From the NCBI GenBank assembly GCA_963747555.1, contig CAVVFZ010000029.1:8876-72875 (forward strand): 64,000 bases of DNA. Reading direction: 5' to 3'. The stretch is from an uncultured delta proteobacterium. GTDB taxonomy: Bacteria; Desulfobacterota; DSM-4660; Desulfatiglandales; Desulfatiglandaceae. Below are positions 1 through 9,153 of this stretch, piece by piece. Under the pieces are notes generated by a model. It made no database searches, was not told the DNA's origin, and saw only the letters and a program-made list of their open reading frames with translations. Both the position numbers and the translations under genes were made by a program. Numbering within the stretch: the stretch's first letter is position 1; each line of letters opens with the position of its first letter.

Positions 1-159
1 CGGGATTGATACATCCTCCTGACCATCCTGATCGAGTGCCCAGCATAGAAAACGGCTGCCGCGAAAGAAATGGGGTGTATCCTGTATTTTGGTTCGGACT
101 GAAAAGTATTTACTTTATCACAGTCAGACAAAGCTTCTACAATAAAAAGCCATTTACGG

Positions 160-366
160 GTATCCTGTTTAAATTTTTCGACAACGCAATTGGTGTCAGG
201 AAGCCATTTCGTCACGAGGTCTTTTTTGCTGCCGCATCTGATTCCTAAACCGCAAAGAGATGAGTCCTTGATGGACGCGTTGTCCTTCCCCAAAATAAAT
301 ACCATCCTTCCATCCACGAAATGGGGTTTCCAACCCATTTTGGTTTTCCGCGAAACTGATAAGATT
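160..366 (+). mobile_element. Degenerate copy (E) of the ~255-bp palindromic MITE family defined in this window
   Basis: The left terminus GTATCCTGTTTAAATTT at 160 and the core CCATTTCGTCACGAGGTCTTTTTTGCTGCCGCATCTGATTCCTA (204-247) align with the left arms of the copies at 15396 and 56308. The right half is diverged, so the right boundary is approximate. Confidence 0.5.
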
Positions 367-488
367 ATAAAAAATATTTGCAATCTGGGCGGTTAGCCGT
401 TAGCGCTCAAAATAAGAGATTTCAGAGTCCTTAAGCACTCATGATTAAGAATTTTGTCGCCCCCGTCCTTGAAAACTGAGGCAGAGCC

Positions 489-516
489 AATGGCTAATGG
501 CTAATGACCAATGACC
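489..516. repeat. Tandem heptamer repeat (AATGGCT x2 then AATGACC x2) just upstream of rpiB
   Basis: Direct reading: aatggct aatggct aatgacc aatgacc. Confidence 0.8.
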
Positions 517-536
517 AACTGCATAGAGGAAGAATA

Positions 537-995
537 ATGCGCATCGGGATTGCCGCCGATCATGGCGGATATGATATGAAGCAGCAACTCATGACGACGC
601 TGGCGGCTTCTGGAAATGTGCTGGTGGATTTTGGAGCGACACGGCTGGATCCGGAAGATGATTACCCCCTGTTCGTGATCCCTCTCGCGCAGGCTGTTGC
701 ATGCGGCGAGGTGACCCGGGGGATCGCCGTCTGCGGAAGCGGCGTGGGCGCCTGCATTGCGGCCAATAAAGTCAGAGGGGTTCGGGCCGCATTGATCATG
801 GACAGCTTCTCGGCCCATCAGGGGGTGGAAGACGATGACATGAACGTCCTCTGCCTCGGAGGACATGTTGTGGGGTTTTCCCTGGCGAGAGAGCTGGCAA
901 TAACATTTTTGGACGCTCGGTTCAAGGGCGCGGAACGATTTCGACGTCGTTTGGAAAAGATCGAAATCTTGGAGAAAGGGGAAAAAGAGCCATGA
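537..995 (+). CDS. rpiB: Ribose-5-phosphate isomerase B (RpiB/LacAB family)
   Basis: MRIGIAADHGG N-terminus and the CGSGVGACIAANK motif are typical of RpiB. The ATG at 537 follows an AGAGGA Shine-Dalgarno, and the 152-aa length fits the family. The stop overlaps the tal start (ATGA). Confidence 0.9.
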   Translation: MRIGIAADHGGYDMKQQLMTTLAASGNVLVDFGATRLDPEDDYPLFVIPLAQAVACGEVTRGIAVCGSGVGACIAANKVRGVRAALIMDSFSAHQGVEDDDMNVLCLGGHVVGFSLARELAITFLDARFKGAERFRRRLEKIEILEKGEKEP

Positions 996-2122
996 AGAAA
1001 AATCCTTTACTTGCAATCCAGGAATTCGGCCAAAGCATCTGGCTGGACTTTATTCAGCGAAAAATGATTGCCTCAGGAGAGTTGAAACGGTTGATAGAGG
1101 AAGACGGCCTTCGAGGGATAACCTCCAACCCCAGCATCTTTGAAAAAGCGATTGGGGGAAGCGAGGATTACGACGATCATATCCGGGCGCTCGTGGCGGA
1201 GGGAAAGTCCACCGAGGAGATTTACCAGACCCTGACGGTGAAAGATGTGGGGGACGCCGCCGACTTCTTTCGTCCCCTCTATGACAACTCCGATGGCGGA
1301 CACGGGTTTGTCAGTTTGGAGGTGAACCCGCACCTGGCCCGTGACGTGGAAGGCACCCTGTCGGAGGCCCGGCGGCTCTGGTCGGCCCTGAATCGGCCGA
1401 ATGTATTTATCAAGGTGCCCGCCACCAGGGAAGGGTTGACCTGCATCACGTCGTTAATCAGCGAGGGGATCAACGTCAATGTGACCCTCCTTTTTGGTCT
1501 GCCCCGTTACAGGGAGGTGGCCGAGGCCTATCTCGCGGGTCTTGAAAAAGGGATGGAAAACGGAAAACCCTTGTCCCGGGTCGCGTCGGTAGCCAGTTTT
1601 TTCCTGAGCAGGATCGATGTCCTGGTGGACCCTCTGTTGGAAAAAAAGATGAAAGCCGGGGGTCAACAGGCGGAAACGGCCCAACGGATTCATGGCGAAC
1701 TGGCCATTTCCAGCGCCAAGGTCGCCTATACGATCTACAAGGAGATGTTCGGCGGCGAACGGTTCCGCCGATTGGCCGCGCAAGGCGCGCGGTCCCAGCG
1801 CGTCCTGTGGGCCAGCACCAGCACCAAAAACCCTGATTATTCCGACGTCAAATACGTCGAACCCCTCATAGGCCCTGAAACCGTTAACACCTTGCCCAGG
1901 GAGACGCTCGATGCTTACAGAGACCACGGATCGCCCGCGGCGCGACTGGAAAAGGGAGTGAAGGAAGCCGAGGAGACGCTGCGGGAACTCTCCCGGCTGG
2001 GGATCCAGCTGGATGATGTGACAAGGCAGTTGGTGGAGGAAGGCATTGAGAAATTCAACAAGCCCTATGATGCATTGATGGAGACCTTGAGAAAAAAGCA
2101 CGCCGGCTATGCCGGAGAATGA
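992..2122 (+). CDS. tal: Transaldolase (long bacterial form)
   Basis: QSIWLDFI, GITSNPSIFEKAI and FIKVPAT(R)EGL (Schiff-base lysine context) motifs; 376 aa. Confidence 0.95.
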   Translation: MKKNPLLAIQEFGQSIWLDFIQRKMIASGELKRLIEEDGLRGITSNPSIFEKAIGGSEDYDDHIRALVAEGKSTEEIYQTLTVKDVGDAADFFRPLYDNSDGGHGFVSLEVNPHLARDVEGTLSEARRLWSALNRPNVFIKVPATREGLTCITSLISEGINVNVTLLFGLPRYREVAEAYLAGLEKGMENGKPLSRVASVASFFLSRIDVLVDPLLEKKMKAGGQQAETAQRIHGELAISSAKVAYTIYKEMFGGERFRRLAAQGARSQRVLWASTSTKNPDYSDVKYVEPLIGPETVNTLPRETLDAYRDHGSPAARLEKGVKEAEETLRELSRLGIQLDDVTRQLVEEGIEKFNKPYDALMETLRKKHAGYAGE

Positions 2123-2219
2123 TGAACGGAAAAAACCCTTCATGTTCTTCATGCTCTTCATGGTAACCAAAAAAGTTTTGCGTTCTAATTAGGGTATGTC
2201 TTTTAAAGGTGAACAAGAT

Positions 2220-2473
2220 GTATCTTATGCAAGAATCCCGGCAGGAATGAAGTCACGAGGTCTTTTTTGCTGCCGCATCTTGGATAAACCTTCACGGTCC
2301 GTTGAGAGGCCCTTCCATGCTGGTACAACAAACCCCCTCGAGATTCCTCCTTGGTCGTACCAGCATGTAAGGACCGGTGCTCCCATGGGAATCAGATGCG
2401 GCAGCAAAAAAGACCTCGTGACGGAATGGTTTTTCCTGGTCATCCTTTTGCTACCAGGAATTGAATAGGATAC
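2220..2473 (-). mobile_element. Full-length MITE copy C, inverted relative to the copies at 15396 and 56308
   Basis: Termini are GTATCTTATGCAA (2220) and TTGAATAGGATAC (2461-2473). The 28-bp arms GTCACGAGGTCTTTTTTGCTGCCGCATC / GATGCGGCAGCAAAAAAGACCTCGTGAC are present. The flanking 8-mers AACAAGAT (2212-2219) and ACCAAGAT (2474-2481) match at 7 of 8 positions. Confidence 0.85.
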
Positions 2474-2521
2474 ACCAAGATTCATTCACGGGTATGGGAT
2501 CTAAATGGGAGAGGGACGGGT

Positions 2522-3139
2522 ATGAAATCTTCGCGGTTTGAAGCGCTGTTTCTGGATATCGGGGGCGTTCTTCTCACCAATGGTTGGGATCGCCACATGC
2601 GCAGGAAGGCGGCGGAAAAGTTCGGGCTCCAGTATGAGGAGATGGACGAACGCCATCACCTGACTTTCGACACCTATGAAGAGGGCAAATTGAGTCTGGA
2701 TGAATATCTCCTCCGCCTGGTTTTCTACAGGGAGAGGCCATTTACACAAGAGCAGTTCAAAGAATTTATGTTCGCCCAGTCCCGACCCCTGTCGGAGATG
2801 ATTGATTTTATTTTTCAATTGAGAAAGAATTACAGTCTCAAAGTGGCGGCGGTGAGCAATGAAGGACGAGAGCTGACCATTCATCGCATCGCGCGGTTCA
2901 AGCTGAGGTCGATTTTTGATGTGTTCATCTCTTCCTGCTTCGTGCACTTTCGCAAGCCGGATAAGGATATCTATCGGTTGGCCCTGGACTGCGTTCAGGT
3001 TCCTCCCGAGAAAGTGATATACATCGATGACCGCGCCATGTTCGTGGAAGTTGCAAAAAGCATGGGGATACAGGGCGTTCATCATACCGGTTATCAGTCC
3101 ACGCGAACCGCCCTGGAAACACTGGGCCTTTCCATATAG
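2522..3139 (+). CDS. HAD-superfamily hydrolase/phosphatase
   Basis: The N-terminal FLDIGGVL matches HAD motif I (DxG variant context), and the C-terminal YIDDR matches motif IV. A GGGAGAGGGA Shine-Dalgarno region precedes the ATG. Confidence 0.8.
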   Translation: MKSSRFEALFLDIGGVLLTNGWDRHMRRKAAEKFGLQYEEMDERHHLTFDTYEEGKLSLDEYLLRLVFYRERPFTQEQFKEFMFAQSRPLSEMIDFIFQLRKNYSLKVAAVSNEGRELTIHRIARFKLRSIFDVFISSCFVHFRKPDKDIYRLALDCVQVPPEKVIYIDDRAMFVEVAKSMGIQGVHHTGYQSTRTALETLGLSI

Positions 3140-3153
3140 CAAAGGAGAAATTC

Positions 3154-4584
3154 ATGAAAGACAAGGAATGCGACATAGGGTTGTTCGGTCTCGGCGTGAT
3201 GGGCGCCAATTTTGCCCTGAACATGGCGGATCACGGTTTTTCCGTGGGAGTTTATAACCGCACGAAGGAAAAGACCCGAAAATTCATGGAAGAGAGGGTG
3301 GGAGATCGACCGATCCGCGCCGCCTATACCGTGGCGGAATTTATCGCGCTGCTGCGCCGCCCGAGGGCCATCCTCATTTCCGTGCCCGCGGGTGAGCCGG
3401 TGGACGAGGTCATCGATGAGGTTACCCTGGGGCTGGAATCAGGAGACCTGATCGTAGATACGGGCAACTCCCATTTCAGCGATACGGATCGACGGAACCA
3501 ATCCCTTGCCAAGAATAAATGGTTGTTCATCGGCATGGGCATATCCGGGGGCGAATCCGGGGCCCGCCACGGACCGAGCCTCATGCCGGGCGGCTCCAAA
3601 GAAGGATATGAACGCATTCGACCCATCGTGGAAGCGGCCGCCGCCCGGGTAGACGGGACCCCCTGTGTCGCTTATCTGGGTCCGGGATCCGCGGGGCATT
3701 ATGTGAAGATGGTTCATAACGGCATCGAATACGGGATCATGCAGATGATCGCCGAGACCTATGATCTGATGAAACGCGGCATGGGGTTTGATGCCGATCA
3801 GCTCCACCAGGTCTATCACGCATGGGCACAGGGAGAGCTTAACAGTTATCTGATGGAGATTACTTCGGACATTTTTCTCCGCAAAGACGAAAAGACGGGC
3901 AAGCCTCTGGTGGATATGATTCTGGACCAGGCCAAACAGAAAGGTACGGGTGAATGGACCTCGGAAACGGCGCTGAAACTGCAGGTGCCCCTTTCCACGA
4001 CCCATATGGCCGTAACCGCGAGGGACATGTCCGCTTACAAGGAGGAGCGAAAGATCGCGGCGGGAATACTCCACGGACCGGATAAAACCGACCCGAAACC
4101 CGGGAAGGACTTTATCGACAAACTGGAGGGCGCTCTTTACGTGGGAATGGTGAGCTGCTACGCCCAGGGCATGGCCCTGCTGCGACAGGCCGGCAAGGCC
4201 TATGACTACGGACTGAGTCTGGAAACGGTCGCGACCATCTGGAGAGGAGGATGCATTATAAGGGCGAAATTGCTGGAAGATATCCGGAAGGCCTATGCGC
4301 TTAAGCCAGATCTTCCAAACCTCCTGCTGGACCCCGGGCTAAGCAAAGCGGTGGTGGCCAGGCAGGAGAATCTGAGGGATGCGGTCTCCACGGCGGCTCG
4401 TCTGGGCATACCCGCGCCGGGGTTGATGGCGTCTCTGTCCTATTTCGATGCATACCGCAGTGAACGGCTGCCCGCCAATCTCCTCATGGCGCAGCGGGAT
4501 TACTTCGGCGCCCACAAATATGAGCGAATCGACAGCGAGGGGACGTTTCATACCCGCTGGATGGATACAAAGGAGGAAAAATGA
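3154..4584 (+). CDS. gnd: 6-phosphogluconate dehydrogenase, decarboxylating
   Basis: GLGVMGANFALN Rossmann motif, the GMGISGGESGARHGPSLMPGG signature and HNGIEYG(I)MQ; 476 aa. Confidence 0.95.
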   Translation: MKDKECDIGLFGLGVMGANFALNMADHGFSVGVYNRTKEKTRKFMEERVGDRPIRAAYTVAEFIALLRRPRAILISVPAGEPVDEVIDEVTLGLESGDLIVDTGNSHFSDTDRRNQSLAKNKWLFIGMGISGGESGARHGPSLMPGGSKEGYERIRPIVEAAAARVDGTPCVAYLGPGSAGHYVKMVHNGIEYGIMQMIAETYDLMKRGMGFDADQLHQVYHAWAQGELNSYLMEITSDIFLRKDEKTGKPLVDMILDQAKQKGTGEWTSETALKLQVPLSTTHMAVTARDMSAYKEERKIAAGILHGPDKTDPKPGKDFIDKLEGALYVGMVSCYAQGMALLRQAGKAYDYGLSLETVATIWRGGCIIRAKLLEDIRKAYALKPDLPNLLLDPGLSKAVVARQENLRDAVSTAARLGIPAPGLMASLSYFDAYRSERLPANLLMAQRDYFGAHKYERIDSEGTFHTRWMDTKEEK

Positions 4585-6132
4585 AAACCGGTTTGCATCC
4601 CGAACCCACGGTATTTGTCATCTTCGGCGCCGGAGGCGACCTGGCCTGGCGCAAACTGATTCCCGCCCTTTACAACCTCTTCCTGGACGGCTGGATGCCG
4701 AAAGAATATGAAATCCTTGGTCTGGGCCACGGGGAAATGGGTGAAGAGGATTACCGGGCCTATCTGCGAAAGGGCGTGGACAAATTCTCGCGCAGAGGCA
4801 GGGCGAAAAAGGATTCCTGGGACGATTTCGCGTCCCATGTCTCTTTCGTCAATGCCGAGTTGGGGGAATCGAAGGTCTATGAGGACATGGCCAAAACATT
4901 AGCCGGCCTGGATAAAAAGTGGGATATCCACGCGAACCATATTTTCTACCTGGCCCTGCCCCCCGCCCTGATAGGAGACGTGATAAAAGAACTGGCGGCT
5001 GCCGGACTCAACGGAAAACAGGCACGGATCGTTGTGGAGAAGCCGTTCGGAAACGATCTTGAAAGCGCCCGGGAATTAAACAGCAGGCTTGGGGAGATCT
5101 TTAAGCGAAAAACAGATTTTTCGGATCGACCATTACCTGGGCAAAGAAACCGTGCAGAATATCCTGGCCTTTCGTTTCGGAAACGCCCTCTTTGAGCCTG
5201 TCTGGAACCGGCGTTATATTGACCATATCCAGATCACCGTGGCCGAGGACGTGGGGGTGGAACACAGGGGGCATTATTATGAAAAGGCGGGCGCCCTTCG
5301 GGACATGATTCAGAATCACCTGCTTCAGATTCTCTGTCTGGTGGCCATGGAATCGCCGATCTCGTTGAATGACAACGAGGTGAGAAACAAAAAAGTGGAC
5401 GTCCTGCACGCGGTCCGGCCCATCCTTCCGGAAAGTGTTCATCAGCACGCGGTCAGCGGACAATACGGCACGGGATGGATAGCGGGAAAACATGTCAAAG
5501 GATACCGGAGCGAACCCCGTGTGGCCGAAGACTCCTCCACGGAGACCTTTGCCGCTTTAAGGTTGTTTATCGATACCTGGCGCTGGCAGGGTGTTCCCTT
5601 CTATATGCGTACCGGCAAGCGCCTGCCCGCGAAGATTTCGGAGGTTTCCATTCAGTTCCGGGCAGCGCCCCATCAGACCTTTCCTCCGGCCGCACTCAGA
5701 GACTGGCATCCCAATCGGCTGATTATCTCCATTCAACCCGAAGAGGGGATATTCCTTCGATTTCAGAGCAAGTATCCCGGCCCCGCCATGCGGCTGTCTC
5801 CGGTCATGATGCAGTTTTATTATAAGGAAACCTTTGACATATCTCCCCCCGATGCCTATGAAACCCTGTTGCTGGATGTGATGATCGGCGACGCTACTTT
5901 GTTCATGCGGGCCGATCAGGCGGAGGCGGCATGGGCCATGATAACTCCGATCCTGGAGGCCTGGACCCTGTCAAAACCAACGGATTTCCCCAATTATCAG
6001 GCCGGAACCTGGGGGCCGGAAGAGGCGGAAACCCTTATTGCCCAGGATGGATATAACTGGATGTCGCCTACCTACCTGCAATGCCAGGATGAGACGGCCA
6101 CCTGCAGGGTAAGCATGGAACCTCGATTGTAG
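4581..6132 (+). pseudogene. zwf: Glucose-6-phosphate 1-dehydrogenase, reading frame broken by a 1-nt insertion near 5100-5104
   Basis: ORF 4581..5195 carries the NADP motif FGAGGDLA and EKPFG. ORF 5089..6132 carries the active-site RIDHYLGKE. The two join as ...LGEIF|SEKQIFRIDHYLGKE if one A at 5103/5104 is removed. Confidence 0.85.
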
Positions 6133-6140
6133 TCCAGGCC

Positions 6141-8813
6141 TCATTCCGGATTCGGCCCCAGGCTTACCTGAACGAACCCCTCCGGCCGGATCCATTTGGC
6201 GAATGCCGCCTGCACCTCTTTCGCGGTGATCTCCCTGTATCGCTCCGCCGCCCGGAGGGGCTCGTCCATGGGCAGACCCAGGAGCGCGAGATGGAGCAGG
6301 GTCCCGCCAATCCCGTCAAAGCTCGATTCGGAAAGGGTCATCTTCTTCAAAAGAAGCATCCTTGCCTGCTGTAGTTCGGCCTCTGTAACAAGGGAGGTTT
6401 GCATGTCTCGGAGATCCCTCTTGACCAGGTCTCCGGCTCGCGATACATTCGGGGGATCGCAGGCATAGAAGACCTCAAACACGGAACGCGTTTTGCCCAC
6501 TTCCACTGAGGATTCTACCGCGTAAACCAGCCCGGCCTTTTCCCTCAAATCATGATACAGGCGGGTCGCGTAAAAGGCGCCGGAGAGTACATGATTGCCT
6601 ACCTGCAACGTGTAGTAATCAGGATTGAAACGGGTCACTCCCAGGGTCTCGGCCAGCAGCACCGCGTCCTGAACCCTGCTGGCGTCGGGAACGATCGTTT
6701 TAGACGGTTTATTCATGGGGACGGGGGAAAGATCCGTCTCTGGCTTCGGCCCGACAGCCTTCCACGAGCCGAAATATTTCTCTATGGTCGCCTGGGCCCG
6801 GGCAGGGGTCACATCGCCGATGAACACCATAGTAGTGAGGTCGGGTCGGAATACACTTTCATAGTAGTCTTTGACGTCACCCAGAGTGAGGGAGGCCACG
6901 GTTTCCGGGGTGGGCTGGCGCAATGCCGGATCTCCCGCGGGGTATAGAGCCTTCAAGAGGGCCCTCTCGAACAGATACTGGGGGCTTTTCAAAAGCCCGG
7001 CTACCATGCCTTTGGTCTCCTCCTGAACGACTGTGAAAGCGGCCTCGGGAAAGCCCGGGTGCAAAAGGTTGTCGGCGAGGAGTTCCACCGCCCGGTCAAG
7101 ATGATCCGTCAAGACGGCCACGGAGAAATCAGACCCTACTGAAACACGGGCAGCGATATCATCCAGGGCCTTTTGAAAAGCCAGACGGCCCAAGGTGGTG
7201 GTCCCGTAGGAAAAAAGGTTTCCCATCACATCGGCGACGCCTTCCCTGCCTTTTGGGGTCTGAAGGTCGGCGTTGTTCTTGACCGTTCCGTAGATGCAGA
7301 TGGTGGGGCTGATCGACTCCTTTTGAACGATGAGCCGCAAGCCGTTCGGCAGGACCTTCACGGTGGGGTTTACTCTGGACGGAGGCATGGGCGCTTGAAC
7401 CAGGGCCTTTTTGGCCCATTCCGGCAAAGCGACCGGCTTAACTTCCTTTGGAGCAAAAGACTCACTCCCGCGAAAGGTATGCGATGCCCGGGCTTTGCCC
7501 CCGGAAGTCGGCCGTAGAATGCCTTCGATAGCGGTCTTGTTGACGAGATATTTTCGGGCAACCCGATTCACGTCTTCCACCGTGACCTTCTTGATTGCCT
7601 CGACATCCTCTTCCGGGGAGTTTTTCCCTTCCACGGCGAGGGCCTGGGACCACTGAGCGGCCAGATCCTGCACCGAATTTCTGCTAAAAGCAGCATCCGC
7701 GACCTCATGACGTTTTGCGGCTTCCACGAGTTCAGCGGGCATCCCATCCTTGAGATAGGACTCGATGATGTTCCTTATCCTTCCGACAAGGTCACTGCCG
7801 TCCTTTCCATGGGGGAAAGCGCCGGAGGCATAACCGAAACCCGACCCGGGCAGAAAATCTGCTGAAAAACCCGCCTCCAAGGCCTCCCCTTGCGGGACCA
7901 AACCATAGAGATTGCCTCTCTCGCTGTCCAGGACGTCCGCCAGAATCTGGACTGCCGCAAAATCCGGACTGTCGTAGCCGGGCAGACGATAGGCCACAAC
8001 CGCCAATCCATAGGGCAGGTCGGTGTCCTGTTCAATGGTCCCGCCATTCAGTTCCTGTAGTTGGATGGTTGGCCTGGAGGGCAAAGGCTTGGACGGAATC
8101 GCTTCAAAGAGCGTCCTCACCATGGACAGGGTGCTGCCGGGGTCCACATCCCCAACGATCACCATAATGGCATTGTTCGGCACATACCATGCATCGTAGA
8201 ACGCCTTGAGCATGTCACCGGTGGTTTTCTGGAAGGAAGGTCGCGTGCCCAGGGCATCGTGGGCATAGGGTGTGCCTTTAAACATCTTTTGAAGAAGATC
8301 CTTATAGAAGACATAGATCGGATTTGAGAGGTCCTGCGCAACCTCCTGATCGATGGCTCCCCTTTCCTCCTTCCAAAGTCCTTCCGAATCCAACACACCT
8401 GACATGCGGATGGCCTCAATCTTCAGGGCAACTTCCAGATCCTCGGTGGGAACAGTAAAAATATACTGCGTCACTGTTTGCTGCGTATCCGCATTGAACC
8501 CACCCCCCATGGCAGCGATGAGAGCGGAAAGCTGGGCTGCCGAAAGGCCGGGACTGCCTCGGAACATCATGTGTTCCTGAGCGTGGGCCATGCCGGGAAA
8601 ACCGGGCGGCGCTTCGTCCGAACCCACAACGTAGTTGACCATGGTAGTCACGACCGGACTCAAATCGTTGGGCACAATGACTATCCTCAGGCCGTTTTTC
8701 AAGGTAGCCCGGACCACTTCCGAAGCCGACGCCGATCCCGCAAAAAACGCCCACAGCGCCGCCAGGCCGATGAGGATCCAAAGGATGCTCTTCCTTCGCT
8801 CTTTCGTTTTCAT
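6141..8813 (-). CDS. Secreted M16-family (pitrilysin/insulinase-like) zinc peptidase, double-domain
   Basis: HxxEH zinc motif (HAQEH) and a signal peptide (ILWILIGLAALWAFFAGSASA). A GGAGGG Shine-Dalgarno lies 4 nt before the ATG at 8813. The second half resembles the inactive M16 domain. Confidence 0.9.
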   Translation of the reverse strand: MKTKERRKSILWILIGLAALWAFFAGSASASEVVRATLKNGLRIVIVPNDLSPVVTTMVNYVVGSDEAPPGFPGMAHAQEHMMFRGSPGLSAAQLSALIAAMGGGFNADTQQTVTQYIFTVPTEDLEVALKIEAIRMSGVLDSEGLWKEERGAIDQEVAQDLSNPIYVFYKDLLQKMFKGTPYAHDALGTRPSFQKTTGDMLKAFYDAWYVPNNAIMVIVGDVDPGSTLSMVRTLFEAIPSKPLPSRPTIQLQELNGGTIEQDTDLPYGLAVVAYRLPGYDSPDFAAVQILADVLDSERGNLYGLVPQGEALEAGFSADFLPGSGFGYASGAFPHGKDGSDLVGRIRNIIESYLKDGMPAELVEAAKRHEVADAAFSRNSVQDLAAQWSQALAVEGKNSPEEDVEAIKKVTVEDVNRVARKYLVNKTAIEGILRPTSGGKARASHTFRGSESFAPKEVKPVALPEWAKKALVQAPMPPSRVNPTVKVLPNGLRLIVQKESISPTICIYGTVKNNADLQTPKGREGVADVMGNLFSYGTTTLGRLAFQKALDDIAARVSVGSDFSVAVLTDHLDRAVELLADNLLHPGFPEAAFTVVQEETKGMVAGLLKSPQYLFERALLKALYPAGDPALRQPTPETVASLTLGDVKDYYESVFRPDLTTMVFIGDVTPARAQATIEKYFGSWKAVGPKPETDLSPVPMNKPSKTIVPDASRVQDAVLLAETLGVTRFNPDYYTLQVGNHVLSGAFYATRLYHDLREKAGLVYAVESSVEVGKTRSVFEVFYACDPPNVSRAGDLVKRDLRDMQTSLVTEAELQQARMLLLKKMTLSESSFDGIGGTLLHLALLGLPMDEPLRAAERYREITAKEVQAAFAKWIRPEGFVQVSLGPNPE

Positions 8814-9153
8814 GGTTCCCTCCAGTAACATTCTCCAGAGATATTTTTTTCTGGCGGTTTTCGGACCGCACGAATTCTTCCGGATATTATCGAGACAGGG
8901 TAAGAAAGGGAATAATCGATATCCTGTATTTGTGCGGATGTTCGCCGGTATTTTGGATAAACAGGGATGCCCTGTCCCAGGTTATTTACATTCTTTTCAT
9001 TCACACCCCCAGAGTAAAAAATACCGTGAATCCCTCTGACAAATGAGAGTTTCACCGTATTCCATTTGAGCGAATCTTTCCTGTATGCTGTGGGCTGATG
9101 CAGGGTCATTAGAGAAATCCAGTGCGGAAAGTTAGCCATCGGAGGAAGATAAA

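Noticed and set aside
1-396. Edge ORFs 6..248 (+, TTG start) and 190..396 (+), plus an open minus-strand frame running from ~250 off the left edge (…KWLFIVEALSDCDKVNTFQSEPKYRIHPISFAAAVFYAGHS…).
   Set aside because: I found no recognisable motif and no convincing start or Shine-Dalgarno. Parts of these ORFs run through the degenerate MITE copy E. A gene could enter from the left edge, but the sequence available cannot support one.
2196-2485. ORFs inside the MITE copies (2196..2468 +, 2225..2485 -, 56313..56723 -, 56396..56701 -, 56418..56735 +). They share peptides such as RCGSKKDLVT and RSFLLPHL, which at first suggested a small conserved gene.
   Set aside because: The shared peptides arise on both strands because the element is a palindrome. 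The ORFs have different lengths and frames in each copy, lack Shine-Dalgarno sequences, and are destroyed in the internally deleted copies.
5089-5115. Programmed ribosomal frameshifting as an explanation for the zwf split.
   Set aside because: A +1 shift would be needed. I see no known +1 slippery or hungry-codon context and no downstream structure. The same type of lesion also occurs in unrelated genes, which points to indels rather than recoding.
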